Positions 55,807 through 64,000 of a stretch of 64,000 nucleotides of DNA are shown here, piece by piece; the stretch's first letter is position 1; each line of letters begins with the position of its first letter. The DNA is from Vicinamibacteria bacterium. GTDB taxonomy: Bacteria > Acidobacteriota > Vicinamibacteria > Marinacidobacterales > Marinacidobacteraceae. The stretch lies in contig OZ219816.1 in the NCBI GenBank assembly GCA_964291235.2, forward strand, positions 2,043,729 through 2,107,728, in the 5' to 3' direction. A program made the translations under genes and the position numbers. Below the pieces are notes generated by a model. It had not been told where the DNA came from and ran no database searches. It was given only the letters and a program-made list of their open reading frames with translations.

Positions 55807-56790
55807 GTGGCACTGATTCTCACGGAGCGGGAGGTCGCAGGAATCCTCTCGATGAGGGAAGCCGTGAGGCTTCTGGAAGAGTCGTTCCGACTCCACGCCG
55901 ACGGGCGCACCCAACTCGCCCCGCGGCTGGTCATGCCGCTCACGGGCGTCGCCGGGAACTTCAGGATCATGGCGGCGGTGATCCCCGACATGGGCGGTTT
56001 CGGCCTCAAGACCCTGACCGGCACCCCGGGGAAACGGGCTCCCGAGGACACCTATTTCGCACTGCTCTATTTCGACACGGAAACGGGCGCGCTCCGGGCG
56101 GTGATGCCGGGAACCCACATCACCGGAACCCGGACCGGCGCCGCCAGCGGGGTGGCCACTCGCCATCTGGCGCGCCCCGACGCCACTTCGGTCGGCCTCA
56201 TCGGAGCGGGGTTCCAGGGCCGGAACCAGGTGGCGGCAGTACGGGAAGTGCGGGACATCCGCACGGTTCGGGTGTACGACGTGTTTCCGGAGGCGGCCGC
56301 CCGTTACGCGGCTGCGCTCGCTGAGGAAGGCCTCGACGCGCAGGCGGTGGACAGCGCCGCGGCGGCGATTCGGGGCCTCGACGTGGTGTGCGCCGCGACC
56401 ACCGCCAAGGAGCCGGTCATCCCGGCAGATCTGCTCGAACCCGGAATGCACGTGAACTCGGTAGGAGCGAACGCTCCAGTAAAGCGGGAGGTGGAAGCGG
56501 CGGCGTTTTCGCGCTGCCGGGTAGTGCTCGATTTCCGGGAGCAGGTGCTCGGCGAGGCGGGAGACATCATGGCGGCCATTCGGGACGGCGACTTCGCCGA
56601 AGACCGGATTCACGCCGAACTTGGTGATGTGGTGGCCAGCCGGGTTGCCGGCCGCGATTCTGCGGACGACATCACGCTTTTCAAGTCGGTCGGAGTGGCC
56701 ATCGAGGACGTTGCCTGCGCCGCTTTCGTTTACGACGAGGCGAAGAAACGGGGGCTCGGGCAGATGCTCCGCCTTCAGGACGCCGACTAG
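55807..56790 (+). CDS. Ornithine cyclodeaminase/mu-crystallin family protein, copy 2
   Basis: ITGTRTGAASG, GAGFQG, NSVGA, FKSVGVAIED. Confidence 0.92.
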   Translation: MALILTEREVAGILSMREAVRLLEESFRLHADGRTQLAPRLVMPLTGVAGNFRIMAAVIPDMGGFGLKTLTGTPGKRAPEDTYFALLYFDTETGALRAVMPGTHITGTRTGAASGVATRHLARPDATSVGLIGAGFQGRNQVAAVREVRDIRTVRVYDVFPEAAARYAAALAEEGLDAQAVDSAAAAIRGLDVVCAATTAKEPVIPADLLEPGMHVNSVGANAPVKREVEAAAFSRCRVVLDFREQVLGEAGDIMAAIRDGDFAEDRIHAELGDVVASRVAGRDSADDITLFKSVGVAIEDVACAAFVYDEAKKRGLGQMLRLQDAD

Positions 56791-56817
56791 TTCTTCGGGG
56801 CGGCGAAGGGACGAGAC

Positions 56818-58278
56818 ATGCACCACACCACGGAACGCTTCACGTCCCGCTGGGGCGTCCTGCTCGCCACCATCGGGATGGCGGTCGGCACCGGAAACAT
56901 CTGGCGCTTCCCCCGGATCGCCGCGCAGAACGGGGGCGGGGAGTTTCTGATTCCGTGGGTGATCTTCCTGTTCCTGTGGGCGATCCCGCTGGTGCTGGCG
57001 GAATTCGCGCTGGGGAAGAGTTCCCGCCGGGGACCGGCCGCCGCCATCGGCGTCGCCACCGACGGGCGGCACAACTGGATGGGGATCTTCATCGGGCTCG
57101 TCACCACCTTCATCACCTTCTACTACTCGGTGGTCACCGGGTGGTGCCTCAAGTACCTGGTCAGTTCCTCGTTCGGCGAACTGAGCGGCGCCGACCACAC
57201 GGCGTTTTGGGACAACTTCACCGGCCATACGAGCCAGCCCGTGCTCTTCCACGGGCTGGCGCTGGTGATCGCCTCCTTCATCATCTACCGGGGCGTCGCC
57301 GCCGGGATCGAGCGGGCGAACCGCTACCTGATTCCCCTGCTCTTCGTCCTGCTGGCAGGCGCAGCGGTCCGGGCGGTCATGCTTCCCGGCGCCGCGGAGG
57401 GACTTCGTTTCCTGTTCGTGCCCGACATAGGCAACCTGGGCGACTACCGGATCTGGCTCGCCGCCCTGACCCAAACCGCCTGGAGCACCGGCGCCGGGTG
57501 GGGCCTCGTCACCGTCCTCGGGGCCTACGTCGCCGACGGGCAGGGCTTCGTCAAGACCGGCATCACGGCGGTGCTCGCCAACAACTTCGCCTCGCTGCTC
57601 GCCGGGGTGGCGGTTCTCTGCACCGTATTCGCGCTCAGCACCTCCACGGCCGACACCGAGGCCGCCCTCGGCGCCAGCAACGAGGGGCTTACCTTCCTTT
57701 GGCTGCCACAACTCTTCGAGGCAATGCCCGGTGGAGCGGTCCTGTTGCCGCTCTTCTTCCTGACGCTCTGCTGTGCCGCCATCTCCTCGCTCATCACCCA
57801 ACTGGAACTCGTGAACCGGATGGTGATGGACCTCGGCGTCGAGCGCCGCCGGTCCGTCCCGATGGTCGCGGGAGTCGCGTTCGTGATGGGGCTGCCTTCG
57901 GCGTTCGCGCTCGGCTTCTTCCGGAACCAGGACTGGGCCTGGGGGGTCGCCCTGATCGTCTCGGGTCTCTTCGTGGCGATCACCGTGATCCGCCGGGGCG
58001 CGCGCCGCTTCCGCGAGGAGCACCTGCTGGGGGACGAGGAGGAGTGGCGCGTCGGCGCCTGGTTCGAGAAGATCATCACTTGGCTCATCCCCATCGAGTT
58101 CGTGGCGCTGATCGCGTGGTGGATGTGGCAGTCGGCGACCGTCGAAGGCGGCTGGGATCCCTTCGGCGAATTCACCGCCGGGACGGTGGTCTTCCAGGTC
58201 GGGCTGCTCATCCTGCTCTGTCTCGCGGTCAACCGATTCGTGTGGAAACGCGCAAGCGCCGCCTCGAAGGGCGATTGA
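56818..58278 (+). CDS. NSS (LeuT-like) sodium-dependent amino acid transporter
   Basis: AVGTGNIWRFP, NGGGEFLIP, YYSVVTGW. Confidence 0.93.
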   Translation: MHHTTERFTSRWGVLLATIGMAVGTGNIWRFPRIAAQNGGGEFLIPWVIFLFLWAIPLVLAEFALGKSSRRGPAAAIGVATDGRHNWMGIFIGLVTTFITFYYSVVTGWCLKYLVSSSFGELSGADHTAFWDNFTGHTSQPVLFHGLALVIASFIIYRGVAAGIERANRYLIPLLFVLLAGAAVRAVMLPGAAEGLRFLFVPDIGNLGDYRIWLAALTQTAWSTGAGWGLVTVLGAYVADGQGFVKTGITAVLANNFASLLAGVAVLCTVFALSTSTADTEAALGASNEGLTFLWLPQLFEAMPGGAVLLPLFFLTLCCAAISSLITQLELVNRMVMDLGVERRRSVPMVAGVAFVMGLPSAFALGFFRNQDWAWGVALIVSGLFVAITVIRRGARRFREEHLLGDEEEWRVGAWFEKIITWLIPIEFVALIAWWMWQSATVEGGWDPFGEFTAGTVVFQVGLLILLCLAVNRFVWKRASAASKGD

Positions 58279-58303
58279 TCGGGACGCGCGAGGGCGCTCT
58301 CCC

Positions 58304-59599
58304 ATGAGCCGGGAGTCGGGCGCTGTCCGGTTCAGCGCGTTCGACCGGGCGCTGCTCGCCGGTGAGGAAGGCCCGGCCCCACAGCTCGCCATGCGCATTC
58401 TGATCCGCATGGCCGAAATACGAGGCGCCGATTCGATGCTGGACATCGAGGCCGCCCACATCGACAGCACGATCTACGTGGGGGACGCCGGACTCGAGTT
58501 TGCGGAACGCCTCGCCGGACTCGGCGCCCGGGTGCGGGTTCCCTCGACCCTGAACGTGAGCGGGCTTGACGAATTCAATTGGCGCGACTGGTCCGTGCCG
58601 CCGGAATGGGCGGAAAAATCCGCCCGCCAGATGCGGGCCTATGCCTCCATGGGGACGATTCCCACCTGGACCTGCGCCCCTTACCAAGGCCGCCAGGTCC
58701 CGCGTTTCAGCCAGCAGATCGCCTGGGGCGAATCGAACGCGGTGTGCTTCGCGAACTCGGTGATCGGCGCCCGGACGGAGCGCTACCCGGATCTACTGGA
58801 CATCTGCTGCGCCATTACCGGGCGGGCGCCGGCCGCCGGGCTGCATCTGGACGAGAATCGGTTGGCCACCCGTGTTCTTCGCCTCCGGGACGTGCCCGAG
58901 GAGCTCGCGGCGGCCGACGACTTCTATCCCGTTCTCGGCCATCTCCTCGGCCCCTTTGCCGAAAACGACCCGGTGGCGATCGCCGGGCTCCCCCTGGTCC
59001 CCGAGGAGGACCAGCTCAAGGCGCTCGGGGCAGCCGCCGCGTCCTCGGGCGCCGTAGCCCTGTTTCACCTCCCGGGCGTCACTCCGGAGGCTCCCACTCT
59101 TCGCGACGCCCTGGGCGGACGCGAACCGGTCGCCGTCCGCGACGTCGGCGTCGAGGATCTGCGGGCGGCGCGCCGGGAACTGACCACCCACGACGAAGGC
59201 ACACTCGACATGGTGGTGCTCGGGAGCCCGCACTTCTCCTTCGCCGAGTTCGGGAAACTCGCGGCCGTGCTCCGCGAGCGGGGAGCGGACCGCACCCTCA
59301 GGGCGGAAAGCGGGTGCGAGCTGGTGATTACCACGAGCCGTGCCGTCCGCGACCTCGCCGAGCGCGCCGGGCTCTTGGAGCCGCTCCACGCCTTCGGCGG
59401 CCGTCTCATGGTGGACACCTGCGTGCTGGCGACCCCCATGCAGCCCGGGACGACCCGCCGGCTCATGACGAATTCCGCCAAGTACGCCTGGTATTCCCCA
59501 GGCCTTCTGGGGTCGGCGGTCGCGTTCGGCAGCCTCGCCGAATGCGTGGAGTCGGCCGTCCAGGGGCGGATCGTCCGGGAGCCCGGGCCCTGGGACTGA
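58304..59599 (+). CDS. Aconitase X large (catalytic) subunit, likely cis-3-hydroxy-L-proline dehydratase
   Basis: AHIDS, WTCAPY, WGESNAV, NSVIGART, GVTPEA, GSPH, VDTC, TNSAKYAWY. Confidence 0.88.
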   Translation: MSRESGAVRFSAFDRALLAGEEGPAPQLAMRILIRMAEIRGADSMLDIEAAHIDSTIYVGDAGLEFAERLAGLGARVRVPSTLNVSGLDEFNWRDWSVPPEWAEKSARQMRAYASMGTIPTWTCAPYQGRQVPRFSQQIAWGESNAVCFANSVIGARTERYPDLLDICCAITGRAPAAGLHLDENRLATRVLRLRDVPEELAAADDFYPVLGHLLGPFAENDPVAIAGLPLVPEEDQLKALGAAAASSGAVALFHLPGVTPEAPTLRDALGGREPVAVRDVGVEDLRAARRELTTHDEGTLDMVVLGSPHFSFAEFGKLAAVLRERGADRTLRAESGCELVITTSRAVRDLAERAGLLEPLHAFGGRLMVDTCVLATPMQPGTTRRLMTNSAKYAWYSPGLLGSAVAFGSLAECVESAVQGRIVREPGPWD

Positions 59600-59604
59600 T
59601 TGGC

Positions 59605-60051
59605 ATGCCGGTCGAAGCGAACTCCAAGCCAGGGCGCAATCGTCTCCGGGGACAGATCGTGGTCGCCGGAAGTGCCTCGGGATCCGTTCTCTACGCAACC
59701 CAGCCGTTGAGTTTTTGGGGCGGTTACGACGCCGCTTCGGGCCGCATCACCGACACTCACCACGCATTGGCGGGAGAAACCGCCGCCGGCACGGTGCTCG
59801 TCCTCCCCGCCACCCGCGGATCGTCCACCACCACGGCGGTGCTGCTGGAGGCAATCCGTCGGGGAACGGCTCCGGCCGCCCTGATTACCCGCGGAGTGGA
59901 CACCTTCCTCGCCCTCGCCTGCGTCGTCGGGCAGGAGATGTATTCCCGCTCACCGGCCTTGATCTCCATCGCCGAGACCGAGTTCCAGAACCTGGCCGAC
60001 TGGCGCCGCCTGGAACTCGACAACGGCGTGTTGACCCGTGTAGATCGCTGA
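59605..60051 (+). CDS. Aconitase X small swivel subunit (DUF126)
   Basis: PLSFWGG, TRGSSTT; C-terminal part of ORF 58579..60051. Confidence 0.88.
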   Translation: MPVEANSKPGRNRLRGQIVVAGSASGSVLYATQPLSFWGGYDAASGRITDTHHALAGETAAGTVLVLPATRGSSTTTAVLLEAIRRGTAPAALITRGVDTFLALACVVGQEMYSRSPALISIAETEFQNLADWRRLELDNGVLTRVDR

Positions 60052-60131
60052 CCTGCCCGCCCGTCGGCCACCTCGCCGGCGGAATGGCGCCGCTCGGACC
60101 GGACGCGTCCCACGGGCGCATCGTGTCCCGG

Positions 60132-60767
60132 TCACACCGGAATCCAGCGTCCGCCGGCATGGCGCTCGACGCGGATCCTCGAACTGCTTCCGTGAATCAC
60201 GATCGCATAGACGAGCCCCTCGCCACTCACGGTGATCCGACCGGACCCGGAGCCGCCGAGGGGCGAAAACGAAATCATCCCGGCGAACCCGACGGCCAGT
60301 CCCGGAAGGGGAGCCGGGCCCGCGGCGCCGGGCGGCGCCCCCCACGCGACTCCCGGAAAGCGGGATCCGAACCGCCAGGGGTTCTCGAGCAGCCGCTCCC
60401 CGCCGGAAGCGATTTCGGCACGCCGCACGCCGTTGTGATTGGTGTCCAGGACCAGGGCGACCACCGGGGAGGCGTCAGACCCGGGTAGGTCAATGCCCCG
60501 CTCCGCTAGCGGCGGATCGAAGACGACAGCGACGTTCGCGGCGCGAACGGCCGCTTCGGCCCGCGCCCGGTGGAGGACCGAACGCATGGCGAGCGCGGCG
60601 CCACGGACTCGCTCGGCTCTCAAATGTGCCGCCAGAGGCGGAATCGCTGTCCCGGCGACAACCAGCAGCAACGCCAACGCAACCAGGACTTCGACCAGTG
60701 TGAAGCCTCCGGTCCGGGCCGACCACCTTTCGGTAGTCGCGCGAGTCCGCGCCGCCCCGGTCGTCAC
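60132..60767 (-). CDS. GspH/FimT-like pseudopilin with prepilin cleavage motif
   Basis: GFTLVEVLVALALL; RARAEA; GTG overlaps the comEA TGA. Confidence 0.85.
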   Translation of the reverse strand: MTTGAARTRATTERWSARTGGFTLVEVLVALALLLVVAGTAIPPLAAHLRAERVRGAALAMRSVLHRARAEAAVRAANVAVVFDPPLAERGIDLPGSDASPVVALVLDTNHNGVRRAEIASGGERLLENPWRFGSRFPGVAWGAPPGAAGPAPLPGLAVGFAGMISFSPLGGSGSGRITVSGEGLVYAIVIHGSSSRIRVERHAGGRWIPV

Positions 60768-61087
60768 GCCGCGGCGGAAAACCCACCGGGCCGCCGGTTC
60801 CGGTCCGCGTCCCCAACGGTCACGTGGGACCGAATCCGTTCGTAGAGGCGCTCCCCGATCCCCTGGACGTTCATGAGTTCTTCCGTACTCGAGAAGAGTC
60901 CGTTTTCTTCCCGCCACTTGACGATGCGCGTGGCGGTCACCTCACCAATACGAGGCAGTTCAGTGAGTTCTTCGACGGTGGCGGTGTTGATGTTGATGGG
61001 CTCGTCGGGCTGCATGGCCGAGATTCCGAGCATTGCCGAGGCAACGATGGCGACGAGGGTCAGAAACGGAACGCGGAACTGCGTCAT
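60764..61087 (-). CDS. comEA: ComEA family helix-hairpin-helix DNA-binding protein
   Basis: Signal peptide, ININTATVEELTELPRIG, EELMNVQGIG. Confidence 0.9.
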   Translation of the reverse strand: MTQFRVPFLTLVAIVASAMLGISAMQPDEPININTATVEELTELPRIGEVTATRIVKWREENGLFSSTEELMNVQGIGERLYERIRSHVTVGDADRNRRPGGFSAAA

Positions 61088-61225
61088 GTCGATCTCCTTG
61101 TGTGTTTTGCATCTGTGTTCCCGACGCTCTCCCGACGCACCGCGAATATGCATCTTGATCTGTTGGTTGCCAACCAACACAACGACGATTCGTGGTGTCG
61201 GAGACTGCCGGAGACACGTTGCTGC

Positions 61226-61240
61226 GCAAGTTGCAGACCA
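61226..61240 (-). promoter_or_regulatory. Candidate sigma54 -24/-12 promoter for comEA-fimT
   Basis: Minus strand TGGTCTGCAACTTGC = GG-N10-GC with TTGC, about 140 bp upstream of the comEA ATG. Confidence 0.45.
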
Positions 61241-61389
61241 GTCGGGCGAGCGACCCGGAGGGCGGGCGCCCGGGGGAGCGGCACCGCCATTAGCACACTT
61301 CAAGTCATGGACTTACGTCCAGTGCGAAGAGATGCGGCAACCGCCGTGTGGAGCGGTGTCCCGCTTCTCTTGCCCCGGATGGCGTTCAC

Positions 61390-61440
61390 CCGTCAACCGC
61401 TGTTGACGGAATGCGTCACTTCCGGTTGACGATCGTCAAC
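61390..61440. promoter_or_regulatory. Tandem palindromic sites CGTCA-N8-TGACG (candidate enhancer/operator)
   Basis: Sites at 61391-61408 and 61414-61431, plus a third CGTCA half-site at 61434. Confidence 0.5.
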
Positions 61441-61527
61441 ATGCAGGAACCAGCTTCCCGGCGTCCGGGAGCGCACCCCCGCCCGCCCGCAGTTCTGCCG
61501 CCGGTGGCGCGCGTTGCGCCGAACGAC

Positions 61528-62847
61528 TCAGGAGCCGCCGCTTGCGCCGACCACGACCCGGGACGCGTCGGTCCGGGCCGGAGACCGCCTGCCCGGCCGT
61601 TCGAACGAGCCCACCAACTCGTCCCGCCACGCCTCGAAGAAGGCCAGGTGCTCCGCTGGAATCGGCGGCCCGGGCGGCAGGATGTGCGTCCGCGGATTCA
61701 GCGGGGTCCCGTGGCGCGACAGACGGTAGTCGAGGTGAGGGCCGGTCGAAACTCCCGTGGACCCGACAAAGCCGATGACATCCCGCTGGGTCACCCGCCG
61801 CCCGGAGCGAATTTCGGACGGAATTCGTGACAGGTGGAGGTACTTCGTGACGTACCCGCCGGCGTGGCGGAGGGTCACCATGTTGCCGTTCGGGCCGCGG
61901 CTCCCGGCGTCGCTGACCACCCCGTCCGCGGTGGCCATCACCGGGGTACCCCGAGGGGCGGCGTAATCCACTCCGTAGTGGGGCCGATACACCCGGTGGA
62001 CCGGGTGGAACCGCCGACTGGTGAATACACCCGAAATCCGCGTGTAAGCCACCGGGCTCATCAGGAACGCACGCTGGATCGAATTCCCGTCGAAGTCGTA
62101 GTAGCCCGATTCGCCCGTGGGAAGCTCGAAGCGAAACGCGTAGATGGGACGTCCAGCGTTCACGTAGCGAACGGCGTGCACCTCCCCGTAACCCTTCCAT
62201 TCGCCCTGGTCGTCGTAGCGCTTGTCCACGGCCACCGAAAAGCTGTCCCCAACGCGGGTATCGCGATGGAAATCAATGTCGTATTCCAGCACTCTCGCGA
62301 TCTGAACCGCCAGGTCGCCGCGTTCTCCGGTACGCACCAGGCTCTGGTAGAGGCTGTTGTCCACGACCCCCTGAACCACCTCGCGCCGGTCGAAGGGCTC
62401 GGCGGTGAACTCGCGCGCATCCCAGCCAGTTCCGGCGCGGAAGACCGCCACCTCGCGAAAATCGTCGAGTGGGAGGTGGACCCGAACGGGGTCGCCGCCA
62501 TCGTCCCGATGCATCCACACGGTTTGTCCGACCTTGAGACGCCGGACATCGGCAACCGGCATCAACGCTTCGGTAACAGCCCCGACTTCACGCTGGGAAA
62601 AACCGTTGCGGATCAGCACGTCAGACAGGGAGTCCCCGCGGACGAGCCGGTCCGGGACCTGGAACAATCCGACTTCCGGAGGCTCCGAAACTGCAGCGCC
62701 AGCGGGCGGCGCGAGCATGGCGGGCGGTTCCGGCAGAGGACCGTTCCAGGAGCGGAGGACACCGACCCCGAACAGGACAGCTCCCGCAAGGAGACCGCCA
62801 ATGACGGCGGTCGCCGGAGCGGTGGGGGGGGCTGGCCGGGGGGTCAC
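61528..62847 (-). CDS. M23 family peptidoglycan DD-endopeptidase (MepM-like)
   Basis: HYGVDYAA (HxxxD), YLHLS, STGPHLDY; N-terminal TM; start approximate. Confidence 0.92.
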   Translation of the reverse strand: MTPRPAPPTAPATAVIGGLLAGAVLFGVGVLRSWNGPLPEPPAMLAPPAGAAVSEPPEVGLFQVPDRLVRGDSLSDVLIRNGFSQREVGAVTEALMPVADVRRLKVGQTVWMHRDDGGDPVRVHLPLDDFREVAVFRAGTGWDAREFTAEPFDRREVVQGVVDNSLYQSLVRTGERGDLAVQIARVLEYDIDFHRDTRVGDSFSVAVDKRYDDQGEWKGYGEVHAVRYVNAGRPIYAFRFELPTGESGYYDFDGNSIQRAFLMSPVAYTRISGVFTSRRFHPVHRVYRPHYGVDYAAPRGTPVMATADGVVSDAGSRGPNGNMVTLRHAGGYVTKYLHLSRIPSEIRSGRRVTQRDVIGFVGSTGVSTGPHLDYRLSRHGTPLNPRTHILPPGPPIPAEHLAFFEAWRDELVGSFERPGRRSPARTDASRVVVGASGGS

Positions 62848-62888
62848 ACCGTGAATTGTCCAGTATGTCACAGGGAGTTGACCGGGGA

Positions 62889-63848
62889 TTACGCGGCCGC
62901 CCCCGGCCAGGTTCCGGAGCAAGCGCGGAGCAGCTCCGAAATTCCCCGCTCCAACGGGACCCGCGCGCGAAAGCCCAGCAATGCCGCCGCTTTCCTGGGG
63001 TCGGCGGAGGCATGGCGCATGTCGCCGGCGCGCAGCGGCCCGAACGTGGGATGCACCGCCGCTCCGGCGGCCGCGGCAACCAGCCGCCAAATCTCCCGTA
63101 CCGAGACGCCTCTCCCGGTGCCCACGTTGAAGGCCTGCCCTCCAGGCTCCTCCGGAGCCTTCTGGAGCGCCAGCATCAGCGCCTCCACGACGTCGTCCAC
63201 ACCAACGAAGTCGCGGGTCTGGCTCCCGTCACCATGGATCTCGGGCCGCTCGCCGGCGGCGGCCTGGGCGGCGAAGCGGGCAAGGACGCCGGAATAGGGG
63301 GAGTCGGCTGGCTGCCCCGGTCCATAGACATTGAAGAAACGCAGCGCGATGGCCGGTGGCCCGCCGGTCCGGTGGTAGAGGAGGACGTGCCGCTCCGCGG
63401 CAAGTTTGGTGACCGCGTACACGGAACCGGGTTTCAAAGGGACCGATTCCGCAATGGGACGCCCCCCGGCGTCACCGTACACGGAACAGGACGAGGCGTA
63501 CACGAGAGCGGAGACGCCGGCCCGCCGAGACTCTTCGAGCACCACCAGGCTCCCCTCGACGTTCACCCGGGCGGCGGTCTCCGGGTCCAGTTCCGCCCGG
63601 GGCACCGAGGCGAGCGCCGCCAGGTGGGCGACCCGATCCACGCCCGAAAGAGCATCCCGGACCGCGGCGGGATCCCGGATGTCTCCTTCCCGAACCTCGA
63701 TGCGCGGATTCCCGGAGATGCGGTCGCGCCGACCGGTCGAGAAGTCATCCAGGACCCGAACCCGCTGGCCAACCCCGGCCAGCCGGTACGCGAGTGCGGA
63801 CCCGATGAACCCGGCGCCACCGGTGATGAGATTGAGGGGTGCTTCCAT
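62889..63848 (-). CDS. NAD-dependent nucleotide-sugar epimerase/dehydratase (extended SDR)
   Basis: TGGAGFIG, YAVTK (YxxxK), RFFNVYGPGQ, GDGSQTRDF. Confidence 0.93.
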   Translation of the reverse strand: MEAPLNLITGGAGFIGSALAYRLAGVGQRVRVLDDFSTGRRDRISGNPRIEVREGDIRDPAAVRDALSGVDRVAHLAALASVPRAELDPETAARVNVEGSLVVLEESRRAGVSALVYASSCSVYGDAGGRPIAESVPLKPGSVYAVTKLAAERHVLLYHRTGGPPAIALRFFNVYGPGQPADSPYSGVLARFAAQAAAGERPEIHGDGSQTRDFVGVDDVVEALMLALQKAPEEPGGQAFNVGTGRGVSVREIWRLVAAAAGAAVHPTFGPLRAGDMRHASADPRKAAALLGFRARVPLERGISELLRACSGTWPGAAA

Positions 63849-63954
63849 CAGGGAGGTACCGAATGGGGATCAGTGAGGGGAGTTGCGCTCCCCGGTCGGG
63901 AGTGATGCCGGCCGGTTCTCCCGGCGGGGCGTGAACACCGGCGCTCGTTGGGTC

Positions 63955-64000
63955 CGAGCCGCCCGTAAGCCGAATTCTGTTCCCCGCGGCGGTTGCCCGC
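63955..64000 (-). ncRNA. rnpB: RNase P RNA, 3' end (partial, continues beyond the window)
   Basis: Minus strand reads ACAGAATTCGGCTTACGGGC, matching the conserved CR-V / P4 3' strand ACAGAAYYCGGCUUA of bacterial RNase P RNA. Confidence 0.85.

Overview
High-GC, densely coding bacterial DNA. The gene content (BNR/VPS10 protein, DUF885, Ntn hydrolases, secreted enzymes) resembles Acidobacteriota or Gemmatimonadota, which is a weak inference. Left to right: a truncated desaturase / condensation-domain / GH3 ligase operon; secreted hydrolases, including an amidase and a tandem asparaginase pair whose second copy looks catalytically dead; a TIGR03960/03936 radical SAM fusion; tkt; ltaE; an SSS transporter; and carAB. 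A defence island follows (about 30.8-42.3 kb, partly lower GC). It holds a ~1400-aa sacsin-like GHKL-ATPase/HNH protein, a type III RM system with an MNT-HEPN pair between mod and res (the MNT appears frameshifted), and a brnA remnant. Next come malY, a Fes-like/S51-like pair with altered catalytic residues, a ~240-bp MITE-like element, a penicillin acylase, and a probable hydroxyproline/proline catabolic region (larA, FAH, two OCD-family genes, DapA-family, proline dehydrogenase, NSS transporter, split aconitase X) interrupted by a RES-Xre module. The window ends with comEA-fimT behind a candidate sigma54/enhancer promoter, an M23 peptidase, an epimerase and the 3' end of RNase P RNA. The best candidates for undescribed systems are the sacsin-HNH/type III RM island and the desaturase-condensation-GH3 operon. 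All calls come from reading motifs by eye; no searches were run.
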